This document shows positions 56,502 to 61,900 of a stretch of 64,000 nt of DNA, in pieces. Below the pieces are notes generated by a model, which worked only from the letters and a program-made list of their open reading frames with translations, searched no databases and had not been told where the DNA came from. The stretch is from contig NC_079169.1 of assembly GCF_947568905.1 (NCBI RefSeq), positions 92,876,001-92,940,000 of the forward strand, written 5' to 3'. Numbering within the stretch: the first letter of the stretch is position 1; each line of letters opens with the position of its first letter. The stretch is from Ostrea edulis (lineage: Eukaryota). Position numbers and translations under genes: made by a program.

Positions 56502-58874
56502 ACATGAACGATTACAAAGTGCATGCCCATATGAACCTGTCTAAATTGTATGATAAAATGGAATGTCTTCATAGTCTGACAGAATAATTCTAATAACATA
56601 TGAATCCTATTAATTACAAGAAAAGTTATTGTGTCGGATGTGCATTTTGGTTTTTCCTTTCACGGTTCTTCTTGCGATTGATGCTTTATATCGGTTAGAT
56701 TTGGCATATCCTTCACATAATTTAATAAGTTCGTCTGTTTTCTTATAAGAATAATCAATTCCTAAATTTGTTTTTAGAATTTTAATCAGTGTCGTGGTTT
56801 GCAGTCGGTTATAATATGTATTCGATACCATAATTTATATTACGTATGCCTAAGTAATGTTTACGTATGTTGTCCCGGTAGCACGACTTTACGCGCCTTT
56901 AATTTGAAGAGTTCCACTAATGGAAAAGATAAGTATTAGGTGGTGTGTGATGATAAGTCCGTTAGATAGCATGTGCCAATCGAGACATTGTATTGCCAAT
57001 TTTCGCACATAAGATCTTTATTGCGTGTAGTGTTGAATTTTGTAAATAAATCTGTAGCATGTTAATTTATAGTCTTGATCAATACTCTAATAGTATTAAT
57101 AAATTAAACATCATGCCGTAATGATAATTTTTTAACTGCTACACATATCAGTTGTACTGATTCGTAAATTGATATCAGCTTATTCAAATCTAAAGAGTGT
57201 AGATTATACTTCTAGATTCTGGATTTTATACCGTTGATTGGCGTGAAATATACATGTATGTTCATGCACATGTAGTATAAGTTTTTAACGTTTAGAATGT
57301 CACGCATGTAGAATGTACCTGTGTACGATTGATTCTTGTTACGATGTTGTAGCGCTTTATTGCTTTCGAATTTTTAAACTCTGGGTAGAAGTGAGAAAAT
57401 TACCATTTTAAGGAAAATGACAATTAAATTTTGTATGTACCCGTAATGTTAGTTTCACCCGAGTTTTGTTCCGTTATTATTGCATCATGAAAATAATGAT
57501 ATTACAAGCTTAAATGATTTTGTTCTCCCGATATTGTCTTGGATAATTATAGAACAAGAAATATAAACTCTGGCAGATTGAATTTTGGTTAAAGAATGTT
57601 GTCAACTGACATGATAATCACGAAATTTTAATATCAACCCGTGAATTGTGACAGATGGAAATTACAGACCTCTTTAAGAAGTAAAAGTGTGATGAAATGT
57701 TTGAAGTGTAAATGATTATGTTAGTTACTAATGATTATTTTACTTATAGTTACATACCGTGCTTCATTATTTGTTTTAGTGCATATGGTACACAGTTTTG
57801 TATAATTTATTTGTAGGGTTCATATATACGTACAATGTAAGCACAGGCAAATACGCTGAACACGTACATTAAATTTTAGTGTTTTGAAATACATGTAAAT
57901 GCTAACATCATCATAATTTATTTACTAATGCAAATGGTCAAATCCAATGATAGAATGTGTTTAATTCACTATGTATCAATAAAGTAGGCATATATTGGTT
58001 ACTTATGTAAAGATAGAAAATATGCTATTCAATTATCCGGACGCTTCATTTATCCGGACGATTTTGCTGGGAACCAAAGTGTCCGGATTAACGAGGCTCC
58101 ACTGTATAAGTGCTCGGTCAGTGTTTGTTAGAAGTATATAAGTCTGCTCGGTCAGTGTTTGTTAGAAGTATATAAGTCTGCTCGGTCAGTGTTTGTTAGA
58201 AGTATATAAGTCTGCTCGGTCAGTGTTTGTTAGAAGTATATAAGTCTGCTCAGTCAGTGTTTGTTAGAAGTATATAAATCTGCTCGGTCAGTGTTTGTTA
58301 GAAGTCTATAAGTCTGCTCGGTCAGTGTTTAGTAGAAGTATATAAGTCTGCTCGGTCAGTGTTTAGTAGAAGTATCAGCTCGGTCAGTGTTTGTTAGAAG
58401 TATAGAAACTGAGGTGTAGCAGACAGTATCAGGAAAAGAAGATTGTTCTTCATGGCCTAAGTATGTTAATATGACAATGTAACATTACATCCTTGTTATA
58501 AGAATTACATCTGGTGTTTCCAGAGGCCCATGCTCCCCCTGTTCTGGATTTTGTATTCAGTATTTATGAGATTGATTACTGTCCATTTTCATAAGTTTTT
58601 TTGTTAAAAGTTTTCTATAAAATTGTTTAGCACATTGAAGTTCAGATAAGGTTGTTGTATTGATTAACAGGGTTGTTGTATTGATTAACAGGGGCAGTAG
58701 CGGGTTTGGCTGATCAACCAATACAGAACATTATCCAATCAGAGAACGGCAGTGAACGAGCAGCGAGATCATCCCCAGCCTCGGGTATTGTCAAAGGCGT
58801 TGGCAAGGGAATTCTGGGAGTCTTCACCAAACCAATAGGTGGTGCTGCAGAACTGGTGTCACAAACAGGACAAG
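8948..58874 (+). CDS. VPS13B: Vacuolar protein sorting 13B (intermembrane lipid transfer protein), 48 coding exons traced; the C-terminal exons lie beyond the window
   Basis: N-terminus MFKIESYITPLLMGYVDKYVKLRHEDFQLSLWGGDVVLNNLDLRLDV is the Chorein_N domain. Later hallmarks: WSSWAWSYVP, RDDLRTGKFEY, HYIICNDTSQPIRFGQVGTDENI, MHYASGALFRAGIVVGSLEILGNP, KPIGGAAELVSQTG. Exons: 8948-9875, 10719-10912, 11380-11586, 11816-12053, 12430-12609, 13366-13547, 13660-13851, 13946-14070, 14382-14557, 15739-15858, 16175-16336, 16580-16759, 16901-17106, 17504-17726, 17966-18180, 19219-19384, 20739-20918, 22242-22374, 23755-24494, 26377-26488, 26711-26828, 26918-27548, 27777-27914, 28396-28584, 29087-29239, 29365-29618, 29805-29958, 30954-31135, 31359-31552, 32990-33165, 33857-33993, 34228-34341, 34507-34608, 34914-35003, 35105-35182, 35453-35605, 36153-36416, 36947-37027, 41070-41245, 41822-41983, 43481-43769, 43854-44027, 48907-49044, 50622-51063, 51335-52615, 53882-54058, 55435-55605, 58692-58874. 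All are GT-AG with consistent phases; the total is 11260 nt (about 3753 aa). Individual boundaries may have alternatives. Confidence 0.93.
12014..12165 (+). repeat. 77-bp tandem duplication spanning the exon 4 donor
   Basis: TATGTGATGCAGCCATA(TG/CA)AGGAC...CTCAAATGATAG|GTAA occurs at 12014 and 12091. Confidence 0.85.
12592..12884 (+). repeat. 35-bp minisatellite x8 spanning the exon 5 donor
   Basis: Unit AACACCAAAACTAAACAAG|GTACATATTGTACAC(C/T); donor GT at 12610, 12645, ... 12855. Confidence 0.95.
12887..13114. mobile_element. TA-flanked MITE (Tc1/mariner-type)
   Basis: TA-CTGTGGAATCAT ... ATGATTCCAGAG-TA; 12-bp TIR with one mismatch and a TA duplication. Confidence 0.7.
14817..15167 (+). 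mobile_element. HINE / CvA(Pearl)-like non-autonomous Helentron derivative with one central unit
   Basis: 5' hairpin TATACCCCCCGCAACAAGTTGTGGGGGGGGTATA, then a GTCC microsatellite, one satellite-like unit, the 3' GCGGGGCGTATT subterminal repeat and the stem-loop GTGAGCATTGCTCAC, ending CTTGTTT. Same family as 22532-23499. Confidence 0.8.
15347..15741 (+). repeat. Degenerate 31-39 bp minisatellite ending in the exon 10 acceptor
   Basis: Repeated GTATTATATAAGGAGTTCTTATATTACAG(ATGTACAG)TT; the last TATTACAG|ATG is the frame-consistent acceptor at 15737-15738. Confidence 0.8.
18287..18948 (+). mobile_element. HINE-type non-autonomous Helentron derivative
   Basis: Starts TTTTAGGTCACCTGAATCATTCAGGTGACCTA (hairpin), has a GTCC/GTC microsatellite, and ends CAGGTGACCTATAAGGCCCCTGGGCCTCTTGTTT (subterminal repeat plus stem-loop). 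Confidence 0.75.
19424..20650 (+). mobile_element. Composite, decayed HINE-type elements with about 165-bp satellite-like units and a second element nested near 20100-20430
   Basis: 5' TTTTTAGCTCAACCGAGC...; repeated TTCTCCAGAAC...CAAACTT...GATTCAAGTTTGTTCAAATGA units; 3' GTGATGTGGCCCATAGGCC end. Boundaries are approximate. Confidence 0.55.
20861..21626 (+). repeat. 80-bp minisatellite x9.6 spanning the exon 17 donor
   Basis: Units start at 20861, 20941, ... 21581. Each is 58 nt of exon end plus GTGAGCATGAGAATTATATCAA. Confidence 0.95.
22532..23499 (+). mobile_element. HINE / CvA-like element carrying a 5 x 145-bp internal satellite array
   Basis: Same 5' hairpin, GTCC microsatellite and 3' stem-loop as 14817-15167. 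Units start at 22640, 22785, 22930, 23075 and 23220. Confidence 0.85.
23597..23762 (+). repeat. 42-bp minisatellite x4 ending in the exon 19 acceptor
   Basis: Unit ATGTATGATTTAATGTCACTTTTCATTGTT(T/A)GTGAACTTTCT. Copies 1-2 have TG and copies 3-4 have AG at the acceptor position. Confidence 0.9.
24554..25110. mobile_element. TTAA-flanked non-autonomous DNA transposon (Kolobok-like RR...YY termini)
   Basis: TTAA-GGTGGATCGATCCTCATGTGA ... TCACACAAGGATCGATTAACC-TTAA; TIR 17/21 identical. Confidence 0.6.
26031..26204. mobile_element. Decayed TA-flanked MITE; a related remnant lies at about 15202-15345
   Basis: TA-CAGTCAAACCTTG ... GAAGTTCAGCTG-TA. The internal GAGATAT...TAGGAC motifs are shared with the 15202 remnant. 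Confidence 0.45.
26643..26702 (-). mobile_element. 3' end of SINE B, antisense, abutting the exon 21 acceptor
   Basis: The reverse complement reads GACGTCTCCACATGAGTGAAAAATTCTCAAACGGGACATGAAACAACATACAATCAATCA, matching the 3' end of 276-510. Confidence 0.7.
27592..27747. repeat. 39-bp minisatellite x4 in intron 22
   Basis: TGTACCTGTTTATAAACATGTGTGTATATTTATGTGCCC-like units at 27592, 27631, 27670 and 27709. Confidence 0.85.
28070..28290 (+). mobile_element. Fragment of a HINE-type repeat
   Basis: CATAACTTTTGAATGGTGA...ATATGTGCATTCCTTGTGACAAGAC...TGACCTTG...GGAATTTGA resembles 20165-20340. Confidence 0.5.
28807..29014. mobile_element. TA-flanked MITE
   Basis: TA-CTGTAGATCACTTTT ... AAATGTGATTTACAG-TA. 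Confidence 0.6.
30859..30999 (+). repeat. 83-bp-period duplication of the exon 28 acceptor and exon start
   Basis: TTTCCCTTACAAATGGCGGGTGATGTTCCCCG (30859) versus TTTCCCTTACAG|ATGGCGGGGTGATGTTCCCCG (30942); the upstream copy has AA in place of AG. Confidence 0.8.
31690..32921. repeat. Two-tier minisatellite: runs of a 26-bp unit separated by an invariant linker of about 54 bp
   Basis: Unit GTAAGTAAGCACTATGTCAGTCCTTT in runs of 1, 4, 8, 4, 7 and 11. Linker GTTTATAGATATAGATATATACTGTGTGACATTAGTGTAAGATCATTGAACATT. Confidence 0.95.
33130..33615 (+). repeat. 49-bp minisatellite x10 spanning the exon 30 donor
   Basis: Donor AAG|GTAAGC repeated at 33166, 33215, ... 33607. Confidence 0.95.
35585..35782 (+). 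repeat. 33-38 bp decaying repeat spanning the exon 36 donor
   Basis: ATATCTAATGTCCAAAAACAG|GTAAATTACA with GT at 35606, 35639 and 35677, followed by degenerate copies. Confidence 0.85.
36471..36770 (+). mobile_element. Short decayed HINE-type element
   Basis: 5' TTATTATCCTGTCAGGACGAAAGTCCGGAGAGCTATTGTCATGACC hairpin end; TGACCT-rich unit; 3' GGCTTCTGACATCTTGT end. Confidence 0.45.
37548..38457. mobile_element. Solo LTR (probably Gypsy/Ty3-type), 910 bp
   Basis: Termini TGTAACG...CGTAACA (TG...CA, 6/7 inverted), flanked by a 4-bp direct repeat ATAT (37544-37547, 38458-38461). AATAAA signals lie inside; no internal domain. Confidence 0.65.
38599..40229. mobile_element. Cluster of nested TA-flanked non-autonomous DNA transposons (Tc1/mariner/pogo-like ends)
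   Basis: Left ends TA-CAGGTGACTTTCGATAACTCG (38599) and TA-CAGTCAACTCTCGAT (39056). Right ends CGAGAGTTACCTG-TA (39749) and ATCGAGAGTCACCTG-TA (40229). Confidence 0.6.
41345..41647. repeat. 36-bp minisatellite (6 clean plus 2 degenerate copies)
   Basis: TTTACTTCTTGTGGATTTCAGTTTTGGGGTCAGTGG at 41389, 41425, 41461, 41497, 41533 and 41569. Confidence 0.9.
42181..43181. mobile_element. 1001-bp TA-flanked non-autonomous DNA transposon
   Basis: TA-CAGTAAAATATCTGTATCTCGAA ... TTCGAGATAGAGATATTTTACTG-TA; TIR 22/23 identical; repeated TATCTCGAA subterminal motifs. Confidence 0.8.
44146..44360. repeat. 17/21-bp minisatellite, left part (split by the RTE insertion)
   Basis: CTGCTAATGCCTGTAAA(AGTT) units; the array resumes at 48054. 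Confidence 0.85.
44373..47525 (-). CDS. RTE retrotransposon ORF: apurinic/apyrimidinic endonuclease plus reverse transcriptase (1050 codons open; first in-frame ATG at about 47471)
   Basis: APE motifs GSWNVRT, LGISECRW, QVYAPT, GDINAKVG, QIDHV and SDHNLV. RT motifs NWRGITL, QAGFRAGR, DFENAFDS, GVKQGC and LDFADDIALL. RTE-type C-terminus WIGHVLR...GKRKRGRPKETW. Confidence 0.93.
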   Translation of the reverse strand: MSVGLITRPHKKKLITETMNKSIRSRGVSIAIEHTPKDDFIADRDASMMSTGQSQKEVRGQRDMLASPKNIVRLGSWNVRTMYSTGKTAQVIAEMKRYHLDILGISECRWTDSGKIRTQTGETILYSGRKDNHHSNGVAIAISKEKAKTLYEWAPINDRIITARFWSNYIKTTLIQVYAPTNDADEESKDHFYEQLQGVIDNTPRHDIIILTGDINAKVGNKQEGEDGIVGKYGLHSERNDNGERLASFCAINNLAISSTMFKHKDIHKQTWTSPNGQHKNQIDHVAVNGRFKRSVLDVRAHRGADVRSDHNLVITKVMLKLHKIGKKPTSSTRFETCKLKVSEVRKQFQIELRNRFNALSEDNTIGPNPDDIEERWNNIKTAYNETAINVLGYRKRKNQEWISQGSWKKVEERRVLMGKVESARSERLRARLKEKYGDKDKEVKRSFRKDKRQWVDDMANEAQEAANIGNMKTVYDVTKLLCNERPKTVEAVKNKEGNLLTKEEDIRKRWMEHFSEVLNRPDPIDPAEILTGESIELDIETGPPTEDEIRRALKEMKLGKAPGVDNITVEILKSDIESTVKELHKLYNIVWTTGKAPKDWRRGLIIKLAKKGDLTNCGNWRGITLIATTAKIMGKIIIKRIVLGVDRHLRMEQAGFRAGRGTTEQIFVLRNILEQAIEWNSNLYLCFVDFENAFDSVHRETLWKIMKSYGIPDVIISMVKLMYEDSECAVLDGNGTTEWFNVKSGVKQGCNMSGFLFLMVVDWILKKTTADNNSGIRWNMTTKLDDLDFADDIALLSSSKDQIQQKLNSLNRYAARTGLKINTGKTKVMRLNAANITPITINGNNINDVDEFIYLGATVSKTGGTNEDIRRRIGHARVTFHKLRKIWSNNQLNRKTKMKLYSSNVIAVLLYGSETWKMTKGDEKLVDTFQHKCLWKILKIYWPMKISNVAVREIAGVAKISTMIKTRRWQWIGHVLRMDKRTHPYVALSWTPEGKRKRGRPKETWRRTIERERKELGFGSWTEAARSAQDRSKWRGLVHGPILHEERRN
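47846..48053 (-). ncRNA. HDV-like (double-pseudoknot) self-cleaving ribozyme at the RTE 5' end
   Basis: Minus-strand fold: P1 GUGUGGU (48053-48047) / AGCACAC (47892-47886), 6/7 paired; J1/2 130 nt; P2 CUCCAUUAGU (47916-47907) / ACUAAUGGGG (47855-47846), 10 bp; P3 GCC/GGC; L3 UCCACGUU; P1.1 GG (47885-47884); P4 CUGGCCUC-UCUC-GGGACCAG; J4/2 G-CCGA with the putative catalytic C at 47859. Confidence 0.8.
48054..48555. repeat. 17/21-bp minisatellite, right part
   Basis: CTGCTAATGCCTGTAAA, CTGCTGATACCTGTAAA and AGTTCTGATAATGCCTGTAAA variant units. Confidence 0.9.
49114..49600 (+). mobile_element. HINE-type element with about 2 internal units
   Basis: 5' TTATTATACCCCACGCAACGAAGTTGCGAAGGGTATAA hairpin, GTCC microsatellite, and a duplicated GATGTGCATATTCCCAGGAAATTCTGATTCAA...GGGAGTTATGCC unit. 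Confidence 0.7.
49732..50122. mobile_element. TA-flanked MITE whose right end is tandemly amplified (45-bp unit x6)
   Basis: Left end TA-CAGTGAAAACTGTGTAATCCAAC. The right TIR GTCGGATTAGACAGGTTTCACTG-TA ends at 49897, 49942, 49987, 50032, 50077 and 50122. Confidence 0.8.
52591..52670 (+). repeat. 40-bp duplication spanning the exon 45 donor
   Basis: GC(C/G)TCAGGTGCCCTCTTCAGAGCTG|GTGAGTACT twice; GT at 52616 and 52656. Confidence 0.9.
52728..53005. repeat. 53-bp minisatellite x5
   Basis: AGACAAGATAGATGTCAGATTGCACAGTGTGTGGTGCATGGGAAAACATAATT units; a stray partial copy lies near 53134-53166. Confidence 0.9.
53227..53741. mobile_element. TTAA-flanked non-autonomous DNA transposon (Kolobok-like), 515 bp
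   Basis: TTAA-AGGGACTGGTTCAC ... GTGAATCAGTCCCT-TTAA; TIR 13/14 identical; purine-purine start. Confidence 0.75.
54473..55405. repeat. 47-bp minisatellite x20
   Basis: GCTTTAATTAATTCACTGTCTCTGGGGCCTGTCTATAGCCGTGCAGT with a strict 47-bp period; ends about 30 nt before the exon 47 acceptor. Confidence 0.93.
55593..58405 (+). repeat. 34-bp minisatellite spanning the exon 47 donor, split by a DNA transposon (55593-55689 and 58105-58405)
   Basis: Unit TATAAGTCTGCTCG|GTCAGTGTTT(A/G)(G/T)TAGAAGTA on both sides of 55690-58104. Confidence 0.9.
55690..58104. mobile_element. 2415-bp TA-flanked non-autonomous DNA transposon (Tc1/mariner/pogo-like ends)
   Basis: TA-CAGTGGAGCCTCGGTAATCCGGAC ... GTCCGGATTAACGAGGCTCCACTG-TA; TIR 23/24 identical; repeated ATCCGGACG subterminal motifs. 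No transposase ORF; internal (GA)n near 56454-56490. Confidence 0.85.
58650..58691 (+). repeat. 21-bp perfect duplication of the exon 48 acceptor
   Basis: GGTTGTTGTATTGATTAACAG twice; AG at 58669-58670 and 58690-58691. Confidence 0.9.
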
Positions 58875-58911
58875 GTTTGTACACAAGATGTTTCACTTTA
58901 CAATGGAGGGC

Positions 58912-61900
58912 GAGTCTGTCAGATGTTAGGAAGATTGGGAATGATTGTGGATGATTGTGAGTCTGTCAGATGTTAGGAAGATTAAGAATGATTGTGAGTC
59001 TGTCAGATGTTAGGAAGATTGGGAATGATTGTGGATGATTGTGAGTCTGTCAGATGTTAGGAAGATTAAGAATGATTGTGAGTCTGTCAGATGTTAGGAA
59101 GATTAAGAATGATTGTGAGTCTGTCAGATGTTAGGAAGATTGAGAATGATTGTGAGTCTGTCAGATGTTAGGAAGATTGAGAATGATTGTGAGTCTGTCA
59201 GATGTTAGGAAGATTAAGAATGATTGTGAGTCTGTCAGATGTTAGGAAGATTAAGAATGATTGTGAGTCTGTCAGATGTTAGGAAGATTAAGAATGATTG
59301 TGAGTCTGTCAGATGTTAGGAAGATTGAGAATGATTGTGAGTCTGTCAGATGTTAGGAAGATTAAGAATGATTGTGAGTCTGTCAGATGTTAGGAAGATT
59401 GGGAATGATTGTGGATGATTGTGAGTCTGTCAGATGTTAGAAAGATTGAGAATGATTGTGAGTCTGTCAGATGTTAGGAAGATTAAGAATGATTGTGAGT
59501 CTGTCAGATGTTAGGAAAATTAAGAATGATTGCGAGTCTGTCAGATGTTAGGAAGATTAAGAATGATTGTGAGTCTGTCAGATGTTAGGAAGATTAAGAA
59601 TGATTGTGAGTCTGTCAGATGTTAGGAAGATTAAGAATGATTGTGAGTCTGTCAGATGTTAGGAAGATTAAGAATGATTGTGAGTCTGTCAGATGTTAGA
59701 AAGATTAAGAATGATTGTGAGTCTGTCAGATGATAGGAAGATTGAGAATGATTGTGAGTCTGTCAGATGTTAGAAAGATTGAGAATGATTGTGAGTCTGT
59801 CAGATGTTAGGAAGATTAAGAATGATTGTGAGTCTGTCAGGTGTTAGAAAGATTAAGAATGATTGTGAGTCTGTCAGATGTTAGGAAGATTGAGAATGAT
59901 TGTGAGTCTGTCAGATGTTAGGAAGATTAAGAATGATTGTGAGTCTGTCAGATGTTAGGAAGATTGGGAATGATTGTGGATGATTGTGAGTCTGTCAGAT
60001 GTTAGGAAGATTGAGAATGATTGTGAGTCTGTCAGATGTTAGGAAGATTGAGAATGATTGTGAGTCTGTCAGATGTTAGGAAGATTAAGAATGATTGTGA
60101 GTCTGTCAGATGTTAGAAAGATTGAGAATGATTGTGGATGATTGTGAGTCAGTCAGATGTTAGGAAGATTGAGAATGATTGTGAGTTTGTCAGATGTTAG
60201 GAAGATTAAGAATGATTGTGGATGATTGTAAGTCTGTCAGATGTTAGGAAGATTAAGAATGATTGTAGGTCTGTCAGATGTTAGAAAGATTGAGAATGAT
60301 TGTGGATAATTGTGAGTCTGTCAGATGTTAAGAAGATTGAGAATGATTGTGAGTCTGTCAGATGTTAGAAAGATTAAGAATGATTGTGAGTCTGTCAGAT
60401 GTTAGAAAGATTGAGAATGATTGTGAGTCTGTCAAATGTTAGGAAGATTAAGAATGATTGTGAGTCTGTCAGATGTTAGGAAGATTAAGAATGATTGTGA
60501 GTCTGTCAGATGTTAGGAAGATTGGGAATGATTGAGAATGATTGTGAGTCTGTCAGATGTTAGGAAGATTAAGAATGATTGTGAGTCTGTCAGATGTTAG
60601 GAAGATTAAGAATGATTGTGAGTCTGTCAGATGTTAGAAAGATTAAGAATGATTGTGAGTCTGTCAGATGATAGGAAGATTGAGAATGATTGTGAGTCTG
60701 TCAGATGTTAGAAAGATTGAGAATGATTGTGAGTCTGTCAGATGTTAGGAAGATTAAGAATGATTGTGAGTCTGTCAGGTGTTAGAAAGATTAAGAATGA
60801 TTGTGAGTCTGTCAGATGTTAGGAAGATTGAGAATGATTGTGAGTCTGTCAGATGTTAGGAAGATTAAGAATGATTGTGAGTCTGTCAGATGTTAGGAAG
60901 ATTGGGAATGATTGTGGATGATTGTGAGTCTGTCAGATGTTAGGAAGATTGAGAATGATTGTGAGTCTGTCAGATGTTAGGAAGATTGAGAATGATTGTG
61001 AGTCTGTCAGATGTTAGGAAGATTAAGAATGATTGTGAGTCTGTCAGATGTTAGAAAGATTGAGAATGATTGTGGATGATTGTGAGTCAGTCAGATGTTA
61101 GGAAGATTGAGAATGATTGTGAGTTTGTCAGATGTTAGGAAGATTAAGAATGATTGTGGATGATTGTAAGTCTGTCAGATGTTAGGAAGATTAAGAATGA
61201 TTGTAGGTCTGTCAGATGTTAGAAAGATTGAGAATGATTGTGGATAATTGTGAGTCTGTCAGATGTTAAGAAGATTGAGAATGATTGTGAGTCTGTCAGA
61301 TGTTAGAAAGATTAAGAATGATTGTGAGTCTGTCAGATGTTAGAAAGATTGAGAATGATTGTGAGTCTGTCAAATGTTAGGAAGATTAAGAATGATTGTG
61401 AGTCTGTCAGATGTTAGGAAGATTAAGAATGATTGTGAGTCTGTCAGATGTTAGGAAGATTGGGAATGATTGAGAATGATTGTGAGTCTGTCAGATGTTA
61501 GGAAGATTAAGAATGATTGTGAGTCTGTCAGATGTTAGGAAGATTAAGAATGATTGTGAGTCTGTCAGATGTTAGAAAGATTAAGAATGATTGTGAGTCT
61601 GTCAGATGATAGGAAGATTGAGAATGATTGTGAGTCTGTCAGATGTTAGAAAGATTGAGAATGATTGTGAGTCTGTCAGATGTTAGGAAGATTAAGAATG
61701 ATTGTGAGTCTGTCAGGTGTTAGAAAGATTAAGAATGATTGTGAGTCTGTCAGATGTTAGGAAGATTGAGAATGATTGTGAGTCTGTCAGATGTTAGGAA
61801 GATTAAGAATGATTGTGAGTCTGTCAGATGTTAGGAAGATTGGGAATGATTGTGGATGATTGTGAGTCTGTCAGATGTTAGGAAGATTGAGAATGATTGT

